This document shows positions 1-7,634 of a DNA stretch of 14,993 nt, one piece after another. Within the stretch, counting starts at the first letter, position 1. Every line of letters starts with the position of its first letter. Under the pieces are notes generated by a model that did no database searches, was not told where the DNA came from, and saw nothing but the letters and a program-made list of their open reading frames with translations. The DNA is from a virus (Duplodnaviria > Heunggongvirae > Uroviricota > Caudoviricetes). The stretch lies in the IMG/VR virus record IMGVR_UViG_2563366958_000011. One strand, 5' to 3'. The translations under genes and the position numbers were made by a program.

Positions 1-1254
1 ATGCTGGAACAAATGGGCATTGCCGCGAAGCAAGCCTCTTATAAATTAGCGCAACTCTCCAGCCGCGAAAAAAATCGTGTGCTGGAAAAAATCGCCGATG
101 AACTGGAAGCACAAAGCGAAATCATCCTCAACGCTAACGCCCAGGATGTTGCTGACGCGCGTGCCAATGGCCTTAGCGAAGCGATGCTTGACCGTCTGGC
201 ACTGACGCCCGCACGGCTGAAAGGCATTGCCGACGATGTGCGCCAGGTGTGCAATCTCGCCGATCCGGTGGGGCGGGTAATCGATGGCGGCGTACTGGAC
301 AGTGGCCTGCGTCTGGAGCGTCGTCGCGTACCGCTGGGGGTTATTGGCGTGATTTATGAAGCGCGCCCGAACGTGACGGTTGATGTCGCTTCGCTGTGCC
401 TGAAAACAGGTAACGCAGTGATCCTGCGCGGCGGCAAAGAAACCTGTCGCACTAACGCTGCAACGGTAGCGGTGATTCAGGACGCCCTGAAATCCTGCGA
501 TTTACCGGCAGGCGCAGTACAGGCGATTGATAATCCTGACCGCGCGCTGGTCAGTGAAATGCTGCGTATGGATAAATACATCGACATGCTGATCCCGCGC
601 GGCGGGGCTGGTTTGCATAAACTGTGCCGCGAACAGTCGACAATCCCGGTGATCACTGGTGGTATAGGCGTATGCCATATTTACGTTGATGAAAGCGCAG
701 AGATCGCTGAAGCATTAAAAGTGATCGTCAACGCGAAAACTCAGCGACCGAGCACATGTAATACGGTAGAAACCTTGCTGGTAAATAAAAACATCGCCGA
801 TAGCTTCCTGTCCGCATTAAGCAAGCAAATGGCGGAAAGCGGCGTGACGTTACACGCAGATGCTGCTGCGCTGGCGCAGTTGCAGACAGGCCCCGCGAAG
901 GTGGTGGCGGTTAAAGCCGAAGAGTATGACGATGAGTTTCTGTCATTAGATTTGAACGTCAAAATCGTCAGCGATCTTGACGATGCCATCGCCCATATTC
1001 GTGAACACGGCACGCAACACTCCGATGCGATCCTGACCCGCGATATGCGCAACGCCCAGCGTTTTGTTAACGAAGTGGATTCGTCCGCTGTTTACGTTAA
1101 CGCCTCTACGCGTTTTACCGACGGCGGCCAGTTTGGTCTGGGAGCGGAAGTGGCGGTAAGCACACAAAAACTCCACGCGCGTGGCCCGATGGGCCTGGAA
1201 GCACTGACCACTTACAAGTGGATCGGCATCGGTGATTACACCATTCGTGCGTAA
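1..1254 (+). CDS. proA: gamma-glutamyl phosphate reductase (glutamate-5-semialdehyde dehydrogenase), full length 417 aa
   Basis: ORF 1-1254 gives a 417-aa protein recognised from memory as enterobacterial ProA ([21 protein letters not shown] ... GIGDYTIRA). The window starts exactly at its ATG. Not verified by search. Confidence 0.96.
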   Translation: MLEQMGIAAKQASYKLAQLSSREKNRVLEKIADELEAQSEIILNANAQDVADARANGLSEAMLDRLALTPARLKGIADDVRQVCNLADPVGRVIDGGVLDSGLRLERRRVPLGVIGVIYEARPNVTVDVASLCLKTGNAVILRGGKETCRTNAATVAVIQDALKSCDLPAGAVQAIDNPDRALVSEMLRMDKYIDMLIPRGGAGLHKLCREQSTIPVITGGIGVCHIYVDESAEIAEALKVIVNAKTQRPSTCNTVETLLVNKNIADSFLSALSKQMAESGVTLHADAAALAQLQTGPAKVVAVKAEEYDDEFLSLDLNVKIVSDLDDAIAHIREHGTQHSDAILTRDMRNAQRFVNEVDSSAVYVNASTRFTDGGQFGLGAEVAVSTQKLHARGPMGLEALTTYKWIGIGDYTIRA

Positions 1255-1368
1255 ATAAAACCGGGTGATGCAAAAGTAGCCATTTGATTCACAAGGCCAT
1301 TGACGCATCGCCCGGTTAGTTTTAACCTTGTCCACCGTGATTCACGTTCGTGAACATGTCCTTTCAGG

Positions 1369-1444
1369 GCCGATATAGCTCAGTTGGTAGAGCAGCGCAT
1401 TCGTAATGCGAAGGTCGTAGGTTCGACTCCTATTATCGGCACCA
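1369..1444 (+). tRNA. thrW: tRNA-Thr (anticodon CGU), thrW-type; integration target of the downstream island
   Basis: 76 nt GCCGATATAGCTCAGTTGGTAGAGCAGCGCATTCGTAATGCG...GGTTCGACTCCTATTATCGGCACCA. Acceptor stem GCCGATA/TATCGGC, D-loop AGCTCAGTTGGTAGAGC, anticodon CGT in the loop, T-arm GGTTCGACTCC, encoded CCA. Confidence 0.95.
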
Positions 1445-1461
1445 TTCAAACATCTCCCCAA

Positions 1462-1545
1462 GTCTACTAAAGTCTTTCAAAACCCCTTATAATCCGCGTA
1501 TTAAAGCCCCGTTCGTCTTTTGACGTCTACTAAAGTCCCTCAAAA
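1462..1545 (+). repeat. two 21-bp direct repeats (gtctactaaagtcYYtcaaaa) between tRNA and int; probable integrase arm-type binding sites of attL
   Basis: Copies at 1462-1482 and 1525-1545, 19/21 identical, 63 bp apart. Located between the tRNA 3' end (core-type site) and the int start. Confidence 0.55.
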
Positions 1546-1609
1546 TCTACGGTCAGATGGGGGTACTTATGGGGGTATTTGCTGTTCGGTTTAGTGGAGG
1601 TACCCCCAA

Positions 1610-2824
1610 GTGAAACTCAATGCCCGTCAAATAGACACAGCCAAGCCAAAAGAGAAGGCTTACAAGCTGGCCGATGGTGGCGGTTTGTATCTCTTGGTAA
1701 AACCTAATGGAGGTAAATACTGGCGACTTAAATATCGTGTAGCTGGTAAAGAGAAGCTATTGGCACTAGGTGTTTATCCTGAGGTTACTCTAGCCGATGC
1801 TCGGGCAAAACGTGAAGATGCGAAAAGAGGTATCGCTGGTGGTATCGATCCGATGGAAGCGAAACGAGAGGAAAAGATTGCCCGGGAAACGCAGTTAAAC
1901 AACACCTTCAAAGATATTGCCCTTGAGTGGCACAGCAGCAAATTAAAAAAATGGTCTGCTGGTTATGCTTCAGACATCCTCGAAGCCTTCAACAAAGATG
2001 TGTTCCCTTACATTGGCAAAAAACCCATCGCCGAAATCAAACCACTTGAACTTCTGAATGTGCTGCGTCGCATCGAGGGGCGCGGTGCTACAGAAAAAGC
2101 CAAAAAAGTGAGGCAACGGTGCGGGGAAGTTTTCCGCTATGCAATAGTCACTGGTCGCGCAGAGTATAACCCTGCACCAGACCTTACTAGCGCGATGCAA
2201 GGCCATGAATCTAATCATTACCCTTTCCTTACAGCCAAAGAATTACCTGATTTTTTCAAGGCATTGTCCAGTTACTCAGGAAGCGCATTGGTTGTTATGG
2301 CGGCTCGTCTACTGATTATCACCGGCTTGCGGACTGGCGAACTACGTGGCGCATTATGGGATGAAATTGATTTCAACAAGGCTATCTGGGAGATACCCGC
2401 TTCACGTATGAAAATGCGGCGGCCTCATATTGTGCCATTGTCTGAGCAGGCTCTTTCGCTTATTGGGAAGATTAGAGAAATAACAGGCAATTACCCTCTT
2501 ATGTTTCCCGGGCGCAATGATCCAAGGAAAACAATGAGCGAGGCCAGCATAAACCAAGTGTTTAAGCGCATTGGCTACGCTGGACGTGTAACTGGTCATG
2601 GGTTCCGGCACACTATGAGTACGATTTTGCATGAGCAGGGCTATAACACTGCGTGGATAGAAACGCAGCTCGCTCACGTTGATAAGAACTCAATTCGTGG
2701 CACATACAACCATGCGCAATATCTGGATGGAAGGCGGGAGATGCTTCAATGGTATGCCGACTATATGGATTCTCTCGAGCATGGCGGAAATGTGGTGCAT
2801 ATGGTGTTTGAAAAACACGCATGA
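1610..2824 (+). CDS. int: P4-type tyrosine integrase (site-specific recombinase), 404 aa
   Basis: GTG start at 1610 with GGAGG at 1596-1600. N-terminus KLADGGGLYLLVKPNGGKYWRLKYR...LGVYPEVTLADAR matches the arm-binding domain pattern of P4-family integrases. C-terminal catalytic signature present: R (RTGELR), H-x-x-R (HGFRHT), Y (RGTYNHAQY). Sits directly 3' of a tRNA. Confidence 0.93.
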   Translation: MKLNARQIDTAKPKEKAYKLADGGGLYLLVKPNGGKYWRLKYRVAGKEKLLALGVYPEVTLADARAKREDAKRGIAGGIDPMEAKREEKIARETQLNNTFKDIALEWHSSKLKKWSAGYASDILEAFNKDVFPYIGKKPIAEIKPLELLNVLRRIEGRGATEKAKKVRQRCGEVFRYAIVTGRAEYNPAPDLTSAMQGHESNHYPFLTAKELPDFFKALSSYSGSALVVMAARLLIITGLRTGELRGALWDEIDFNKAIWEIPASRMKMRRPHIVPLSEQALSLIGKIREITGNYPLMFPGRNDPRKTMSEASINQVFKRIGYAGRVTGHGFRHTMSTILHEQGYNTAWIETQLAHVDKNSIRGTYNHAQYLDGRREMLQWYADYMDSLEHGGNVVHMVFEKHA

Positions 2825-2890
2825 AACAACTGGACAAGTATACAGAGGTTTACTAAAGTATAAGGGAGTAGATTGATAAAAACTCACAGA

Positions 2891-3220
2891 GGATTGCTAT
2901 TTAACAGTTAGCCATGGAGAAGGGCAATCGCTCTTTTAACAACGAAGATGGAATCTTCTACGCAGCTGAAAAGCTGGATGCTCTTTAACAGCCTTTGGTG
3001 CTTTTCTGATGCAGGAAAGAATAGGGATACATGCACCTTTACAATGCATGTAATGATTCATCCATGAGGCTGCGGAGCGCTGACAAAGCGCAATTGCTCT
3101 TTAACATTGATGTGGGCGGGATGGTTCGTCCCGCAGTGACCGATAGATTTCTATCGGGAAACATACAATGATTCAAATATGAATCTACGGCGCTGACAAA
3201 GCGCAATTGCTCTCTTGCCT
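2891..3220. repeat. intergenic repeat/palindrome array: five GCTnTTTAACA-like motifs, an imperfect ~111-bp tandem duplication and several perfect palindromes
   Basis: Motifs near 2891-2907, 2922-2943, 2977-2993, 3088-3109 and 3199-3220. Exact 24-mer gcgctgacaaagcgcaattgctct at 3077-3100 and 3188-3211. Palindromes gcggga-N7-tcccgc at 3115-3133, cgataga-ttt-ctatcg region at 3140-3157, gattca-aata-tgaatc at 3170-3185. Confidence 0.6.
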
Positions 3221-3475
3221 GCCCACCATGCCCTGAAAAAGGGCGTTCTTTAAAACTACTGGATGTCACGCCTAATAGCGTGATCCTGCCGAAATGCAGG
3301 GTAGCTCTACCCTTGTGGAGCAAACAAACCAAAACAATCTGACTATCTTTTATAAAAGACCGCAATATGTTTTTCATATTGTGGTCTTTGGCGTATTCGA
3401 CATTTGACGCAAATAAAACTCTCGCCATTCGTTGCAGGAGGGGGTTATTGCGTCATTAGTACAGGATATTAATAA

Positions 3476-3679
3476 ATGGCTAATTACAATTCATTAATTC
3501 GTCTCTCTGAAGTTCAAAGGCGAACTGGTTATAGCAAAGCATGGATTTATCGTCTTATTAGTCAGGGGAGGTTCCCTAAACAGGTAAAAATTGGAAGTCG
3601 GGCAATTGCTTTTGTTGAGTCTGAAATAGATGAATGGATTGAGAAGTGTATATTAGAATCTAGAGACGAGGTGGCCTGA
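3476..3679 (+). CDS. alpA: AlpA-family phage/island transcriptional regulator (excisionase-like HTH), 67 aa
   Basis: Sequence LIRLSEVQRRTGYSKAWIYRLISQGRFPKQVKIGSRAIAFVESEIDEWI matches the AlpA/prophage regulatory protein pattern (HTH then a conserved W/E tail). AGGA about 10 nt upstream of the ATG. Confidence 0.85.
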   Translation: MANYNSLIRLSEVQRRTGYSKAWIYRLISQGRFPKQVKIGSRAIAFVESEIDEWIEKCILESRDEVA

Positions 3680-4110
3680 TGGAAAAGAAAAACCGCCCAT
3701 TACAGGCGGCTAATTCAGATATTCGTGTATCTGATGTTACGCCCCTTACAAAATCCCTTCAAGCACCAAAGCGCACACCGAAAAAGCATCGTGCCAGAGT
3801 CTATATGCTGCGTACTGGTATAGAGGGATGGACAGAAAATGACATTCTTCGCTACTGCCGTCTGTCTTCTGGTCGTAACTATGCAACAGAGTTAGAACGC
3901 CAGCTTGGAATCACTCTGGAGCGTATCGACGAAAAGAATCCTGATGGTATCGGAACACACCTTCGCTACCGTTTCTCCTGCCGTGGTGATGTTCTGAAAG
4001 TGATCACTCATGTTAACCATCTTGCGAACATAAATGATCACAACGGACTTTCTCAGCAGGAAATTGCCGACATTCTGAAACTCTACCCGGACGCGTTTAA
4101 CGCCGCCTAA
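3679..4110 (+). CDS. hypothetical protein, 143 aa, basic N-terminus; translationally coupled to alpA (TGATG overlap)
   Basis: ORF whose start overlaps the alpA stop by 1 nt. No family recognised from sequence alone. Confidence 0.65.
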   Translation: MEKKNRPLQAANSDIRVSDVTPLTKSLQAPKRTPKKHRARVYMLRTGIEGWTENDILRYCRLSSGRNYATELERQLGITLERIDEKNPDGIGTHLRYRFSCRGDVLKVITHVNHLANINDHNGLSQQEIADILKLYPDAFNAA

Positions 4111-4122
4111 CGGAGACTGAAA

Positions 4123-4956
4123 ATGAACATCGAAAAAAGCAGATTAATTTCTGAGGCCGCCCCTCATCTGAACGCCTCTCTGGGCACAATTAACGGTAAT
4201 GAATTTGCCGCAATTGTCCCGGTTATTCCTGGTCATATCGGTGGGCGTGAAACCAATATTGTTAGCGCAAAAGCGTTACACAAAGCGTTGGGCGTGGGAA
4301 AAGACTTCTCTACATGGATCACTGATCGCATCTCTGAATATGACTTCACCATTGGGCACGATTACTCAGTCCATAAAACAATTTCCCCAAATTTGGGGAA
4401 AAGCCCGAATGGCGCGGCTTACAGCAAGATAAAGCACTCTGGCAGACCCGGCAAAGACTATCTGTTAAGTGTCGGAATGGCGAAAGAACTGGCAATGATC
4501 GAACGCAATGATCAGGGTCGCGCTATCCGCCGTTATTTCATCCAGTGCGAGGAAGAATTACAGCGTAGCGTTCCTGAAATCGCCGCCCGCTATCGTCGCC
4601 AGCTAAAAGCCCGTCTCAGTGCCGCAAACAACTTTAAGCCAATGTGCGATGCGCTGAATATGGCCCGTGCCGAGATGGGTAAAACGACGCAGCAACACCA
4701 CTACACAAACGAGAGCAATATGATTTCTCGTATCGTTCTTGGTGGGCTAACTGCTAAGCAGTGGGCGCGGATAAATGGCTATTCTGGCGAACCTCGCGAC
4801 CATATGAACGCAGAACAGCTTGAGCACCTCTCATATCTCGAAAGCACCAATATCACGTTAATTGATATGGGCATGGAATATGAGCAGCGCAAAGGAGAAC
4901 TCACCCGCCTGTCGCAACGCTGGCTCGCCAAGCGTCTGGAGGCGGTCCATGTTTAA
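4123..4956 (+). CDS. phage antirepressor-like protein (AntA/AntB-type N-terminal region), 277 aa
   Basis: GGAG SD 7 nt upstream. Segment SAKALHKALGVGKDFSTWITDRISEYDFTIGHDY and following LSVGMAKELAMIERNDQGRAIRRYFIQCEEEL resemble the AntA/AntB antirepressor N-terminal domain as I remember it. C-terminal 130 aa unassigned. Confidence 0.6.
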   Translation: MNIEKSRLISEAAPHLNASLGTINGNEFAAIVPVIPGHIGGRETNIVSAKALHKALGVGKDFSTWITDRISEYDFTIGHDYSVHKTISPNLGKSPNGAAYSKIKHSGRPGKDYLLSVGMAKELAMIERNDQGRAIRRYFIQCEEELQRSVPEIAARYRRQLKARLSAANNFKPMCDALNMARAEMGKTTQQHHYTNESNMISRIVLGGLTAKQWARINGYSGEPRDHMNAEQLEHLSYLESTNITLIDMGMEYEQRKGELTRLSQRWLAKRLEAVHV

Positions 4957-5131
4957 GCCGACAGGAACACCACAACCTCAAAAACGCTACAAAGATGCCC
5001 ACGGAGCACTCGTTACTGTCGAAAGCGTGTCTCACAACCGAGTGACGTTTTATCGCGACGGGTATCAATCGCCATGCGTACAACCGCTGGCGCGCTTCAT
5101 GAAGGAGTTCGCGGAGGTTAACAAATGCTAA
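4949..5131 (+). CDS. small hypothetical protein, 60 aa
   Basis: ATG at 4949 with GGAGG at 4938-4942. Start overlaps the upstream stop (ATGTTTAA). Its stop overlaps the next start. Confidence 0.5.
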   Translation: MFKPTGTPQPQKRYKDAHGALVTVESVSHNRVTFYRDGYQSPCVQPLARFMKEFAEVNKC

Positions 5132-5598
5132 CCGTCCAGAAGAAGATATTTTCACTGGCTGGTATGTCACCAAAATCCAGCAATATGACAGCAAAGTCTG
5201 GCATTAATACAGCAGATACAAGCAAAGTTTATCATTTTCTGGTGGTAGGAGCGGATGCCTTAACTATGTCAGAAATTACGGTCGATGGTGTTAGCGTTGA
5301 GAAGGTCAGCGGCTGCGCCAGAGAATTTCTGGTCGTAGATGGCTTTCTCTGCTCGCGTAGTGACTCCACAAAAACCTTCGTCCATACGCGCGACGTTAAC
5401 GAAATGAGCGCGATGTATTGTGCATCTGGTGCTTCCAATACTGAGTTTTCGGAGTCCATAAAAAAGAGCTTGCCGTTATGCGGCAACACGGTTTATGGTT
5501 ATAAGGCACCTCATAAAACGGGTGCCGGGATTGGCGTCCTGAAAATTCTGAAGGCGACATATGACGCGCCGGGTGATGCTGCCAACTTACTGATTTAG
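5125..5598 (+). CDS. hypothetical protein; last 8 codons and stop are supplied by the IS1 left end, so the native 3' end is interrupted
   Basis: ATG 5125 with GGAGG at 5113-5117, coupled to the upstream gene (ATGCTAA). Frame enters IS1 at 5572 and terminates at the IS1 TAG (5596-5598). Native C-terminus unknown. Confidence 0.5.
   Translation: MLTVQKKIFSLAGMSPKSSNMTAKSGINTADTSKVYHFLVVGADALTMSEITVDGVSVEKVSGCAREFLVVDGFLCSRSDSTKTFVHTRDVNEMSAMYCASGASNTEFSESIKKSLPLCGNTVYGYKAPHKTGAGIGVLKILKATYDAPGDAANLLI
5563..5571. repeat. IS1 target-site duplication, left copy (GACGCGCCG)
   Basis: The identical 9-mer recurs immediately after the IS1 right end at 6340-6348. Confidence 0.9.
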
Positions 5599-5626
5599 TG
5601 TATGATGGTGTTTTTGAGGTGCTCCA

Positions 5627-5902
5627 GTGGCTTCTGTTTCTATCAGCTGTCCCTCCTGTTCAGCTACTGACGGGGTGGTGCGTAACGGCAAAAGCACCGC
5701 CGGACATCAGCGCTATCTCTGCTCTCACTGCCGTAAAACATGGCAACTGCAGTTCACTTACACCGCTTCTCAACCCGGTACGCACCAGAAAATCATTGAT
5801 ATGGCCATGAATGGCGTTGGATGCCGGGCAACAGCCCGCATTATGGGCGTTGGCCTCAACACGATTTTACGTCACTTAAAAAACTCAGGCCGCAGTCGGT
5901 AA
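5627..5902 (+). CDS. insA: IS1 InsA (zinc-finger transposition regulator), 91 aa
   Basis: [22 protein letters not shown]...CSHC zinc-finger N-terminus; canonical InsA. Confidence 0.95.
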
Positions 5903-6324
5903 CCTCGCGCATACAGCCGGGCAGTGACGTCATCGTCTGCGCGGAAATGGACGAACAGTGGGGCTATGTCGGGGCTAAATCGCGCCAGCGCTGGCTGTTT
6001 TACGCGTATGACAGGCTCCGGAAGACGGTTGTTGCGCACGTATTCGGTGAACGCACTATGGCGACGCTGGGGCGTCTTATGAGCCTGCTGTCACCCTTTG
6101 ACGTGGTGATATGGATGACGGATGGCTGGCCGCTGTATGAATCCCGCCTGAAGGGAAAGCTGCACGTAATCAGCAAGCGATATACGCAGCGAATTGAGCG
6201 GCATAACCTGAATCTGAGGCAGCACCTGGCACGGCTGGGACGGAAGTCGCTGTCGTTCTCAAAATCGGTGGAGCTGCATGACAAAGTCATCGGGCATTAT
6301 CTGAACATAAAACACTATCAATAA
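5821..6324 (+). CDS. insB: IS1 InsB frame (transposase made as an InsAB' fusion by -1 frameshift at the A6C site)
   Basis: ORF in the -1 frame relative to insA, overlapping its 3' end. AAAAAAC slippery motif at 5878-5884. Coordinates are from the first in-frame ATG of the ORF track. Confidence 0.9.
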
Positions 6325-6339
6325 GTTGGAGTCATTACC

Positions 6340-6348
6340 GACGCGCCG
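6340..6348. repeat. IS1 target-site duplication, right copy (GACGCGCCG)
   Basis: Exact 9-bp match to 5563-5571, directly abutting the IS1 right terminus. Confidence 0.9.
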
Positions 6349-6361
6349 AGCGTCTTTTTTT
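6340..6361 (+). terminator. putative intrinsic terminator (GACGC-GCCGA-GCGTC hairpin plus T7), into whose stem IS1 inserted
   Basis: 5-bp stem, 5-nt loop, then TTTTTTT at 6355-6361. The TSD equals the 5' arm and loop of the hairpin. The stem is short, so confidence is modest. Confidence 0.4.
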
Positions 6362-6369
6362 ATGTCGTA

Positions 6370-6408
6370 GGTCTGACTCACCCATTTTTTGGGCGTTGGT
6401 GTATAATC
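6370..6408 (+). promoter_or_regulatory. putative promoter of the small-gene/primase operon (consensus -10 TATAAT at 6402-6407)
   Basis: Perfect TATAAT hexamer about 160 nt upstream of the first SD-preceded gene. No convincing -35 identified. Confidence 0.35.
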
Positions 6409-6563
6409 CAGCGCCTTTGTCAATCAATGGTGGCTCAGGCGGGGGCTTCTTCGGAAGCGCCGGTATCCTTCAGAGCCGGTTACGCCAACCCTGTCTGGGC
6501 TACCACCAGCGAAATTGGCGTTTCCGGTGGTAGCGTAACCTGCTATCTGAAGGAGGCTGCCAC
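6409..6563 (+). promoter_or_regulatory. structured 5' leader (possible regulatory RNA) upstream of the first small gene
   Basis: Hairpin gcttc-UUCG-gaagc at 6445-6458 and a 9-bp stem gctaccacc/ggtggtagc at 6499-6507 and 6526-6534 with an 18-nt loop. Ends at the AGGAGG SD (6551-6556). Confidence 0.3.
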
Positions 6564-6758
6564 ATGCTGGCTACTACCCCTACCCAAAAACCGCAATTTA
6601 TCTGGATTATCGCCGCAGTTCGCCGCGATTGCCCGACAATTACCGCCAAAATTCATCATATTGCTGCCGAGTCTGAACGCGATGCTCGCCGTTCTCTGGT
6701 GCGCGATCACGTCTGCTTTTTTGCTGGTCGTATCCGCATGGAGGTGGCACATGATTAA
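6564..6758 (+). CDS. small hypothetical protein, 64 aa (first gene of coupled operon)
   Basis: AGGAGG 7 nt upstream of ATG 6564. Stop overlaps the next start (ATGATTAA). Confidence 0.65.
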   Translation: MLATTPTQKPQFIWIIAAVRRDCPTITAKIHHIAAESERDARRSLVRDHVCFFAGRIRMEVAHD

Positions 6759-6969
6759 AACCTACGATGTGCATATGGATCCCCTCGAACGCACAAGCCA
6801 GATCATCACACTGACAGAAGTGATTAACGACATTCTGGTGAGCAACTCTCCCTCACGAGACGAAAGGCTGAAGGCGTTACTCGCGATATTGGATCTCGCC
6901 GTTCGTGACGTTCATTTCCTGCTGGAAGGTGGCGAAATGCCAGGAAAAACGGGGGCAACCAATGAATAA
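6751..6969 (+). CDS. small hypothetical protein, 72 aa
   Basis: GGAGG at 6740-6744, 6 nt before ATG 6751. This is the C-terminal part of track ORF 6427-6969; the short start is preferred because of the SD and the start/stop overlap. Confidence 0.65.
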   Translation: MIKTYDVHMDPLERTSQIITLTEVINDILVSNSPSRDERLKALLAILDLAVRDVHFLLEGGEMPGKTGATNE

Positions 6970-7156
6970 CTCAATTAATACCCCTCGCCTTACGTCCGCA
7001 CTTCAATTAATCGAGCAAGCAGCGGCTGTCCTGGTTGCTGTCAGTCTTTCGGCTGAAGAAATGGACGCTGCTGATGTCGTGGATGCGATTAAAGCGTGCT
7101 CATCTTTGGTTAACGATGCCCGTGCCGAGCTGGTAATTCTTGGGGGTGAAAAATGA
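6962..7156 (+). CDS. small hypothetical protein, 64 aa
   Basis: ATG 6962 overlaps the upstream stop (ATGAATAA). An internal start of track ORF 6905-7156 was chosen to avoid a 60-nt overlap with the upstream gene. Confidence 0.6.
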   Translation: MNNSINTPRLTSALQLIEQAAAVLVAVSLSAEEMDAADVVDAIKACSSLVNDARAELVILGGEK

Positions 7157-7416
7157 ATATCAACTTAATTTATCGTCATCCGTGTGAGCTGGAAATTGAA
7201 TCATTGCTGGGGCGTGAAGAGCCATATCCAGACTCATTCACTCCCGCAGATTGCGCGACTGAACGGCTTACCAGAGCGCGCACAGGTCTGGTTCATGTGA
7301 TGAATGAGATTGTTCCCTCGGTGGGAGGGGAACAGGCGACAGTAATCAATAGCTGGCTACAAAAAGTTACCTCCCTGATAGATATCGGTTTAATCGATGT
7401 GGAGAGTGCGAAATGA
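7153..7416 (+). CDS. hypothetical protein, 87 aa
   Basis: ATGA start/stop overlap with the upstream gene. Uninterrupted ORF. Confidence 0.65.
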   Translation: MNINLIYRHPCELEIESLLGREEPYPDSFTPADCATERLTRARTGLVHVMNEIVPSVGGEQATVINSWLQKVTSLIDIGLIDVESAK

Positions 7417-7634
7417 CCAACATCCAGCTCATTGAAGCGCAATGTCGCATCGAACAGGTTCAGACTGTTTTAGGGTTCTGGCTTGAAGGGGCCAGCCCCA
7501 GCAACAGAGACAAGTTAATGATTGGCGCGGTTATGTCACTGCTCAATGGCGTACCAGAAGCTATTCAGGAAGCGGACGAATTGTTGGGCAAATATGAGTT
7601 ACAGAATCATTCAGGCGAGGCGAAACATGAATAA
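7413..7634 (+). CDS. hypothetical protein, 73 aa
   Basis: ATGA overlap with the upstream gene. Uninterrupted ORF. Confidence 0.65.
   Translation: MTNIQLIEAQCRIEQVQTVLGFWLEGASPSNRDKLMIGAVMSLLNGVPEAIQEADELLGKYELQNHSGEAKHE

Larger units (their letters stand above)
5572..6339 (+). mobile_element. IS1 insertion sequence, copy 1, 768 bp, flanked by a 9-bp TSD
   Basis: Left end GGTGATGCTGCCAACTTACTGAT and right end ATCAATAAGTTGGAGTCATTACC (the imperfect IS1 terminal inverted repeats). insA and insB with an A6C frameshift motif at 5878-5884. Sequence recognised as canonical IS1. Confidence 0.97.

Noticed and set aside
39-1335. Minus-strand ORFs overlapping proA (39-254, 741-1052, 946-1335)
   Set aside because: They are antisense within a recognised housekeeping gene, so chance ORFs.
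3039-3428. 129-aa minus-strand ORF spanning the repeat array between int and alpA
   Set aside because: No SD, runs antisense through palindromes and tandem repeats, and has an odd composition. More likely a chance ORF in a regulatory region.
4385-4398. Perfect 14-bp palindrome CCCCAAATTTGGGG inside the antirepressor-like gene
   Set aside because: It lies within a coding sequence, is a single occurrence and has no partner sites. Cannot be distinguished from chance.
6427-6969. 180-aa plus-strand ORF (and its in-frame continuity with ORF 5125 once IS1 is removed)
   Set aside because: It has no SD at its ATG and overlaps the SD-supported gene at 6564-6758 in another frame. Its last 72 codons (from ATG 6751, with GGAGG) are kept as a separate gene. 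The frame openness is still recorded as an oddity.
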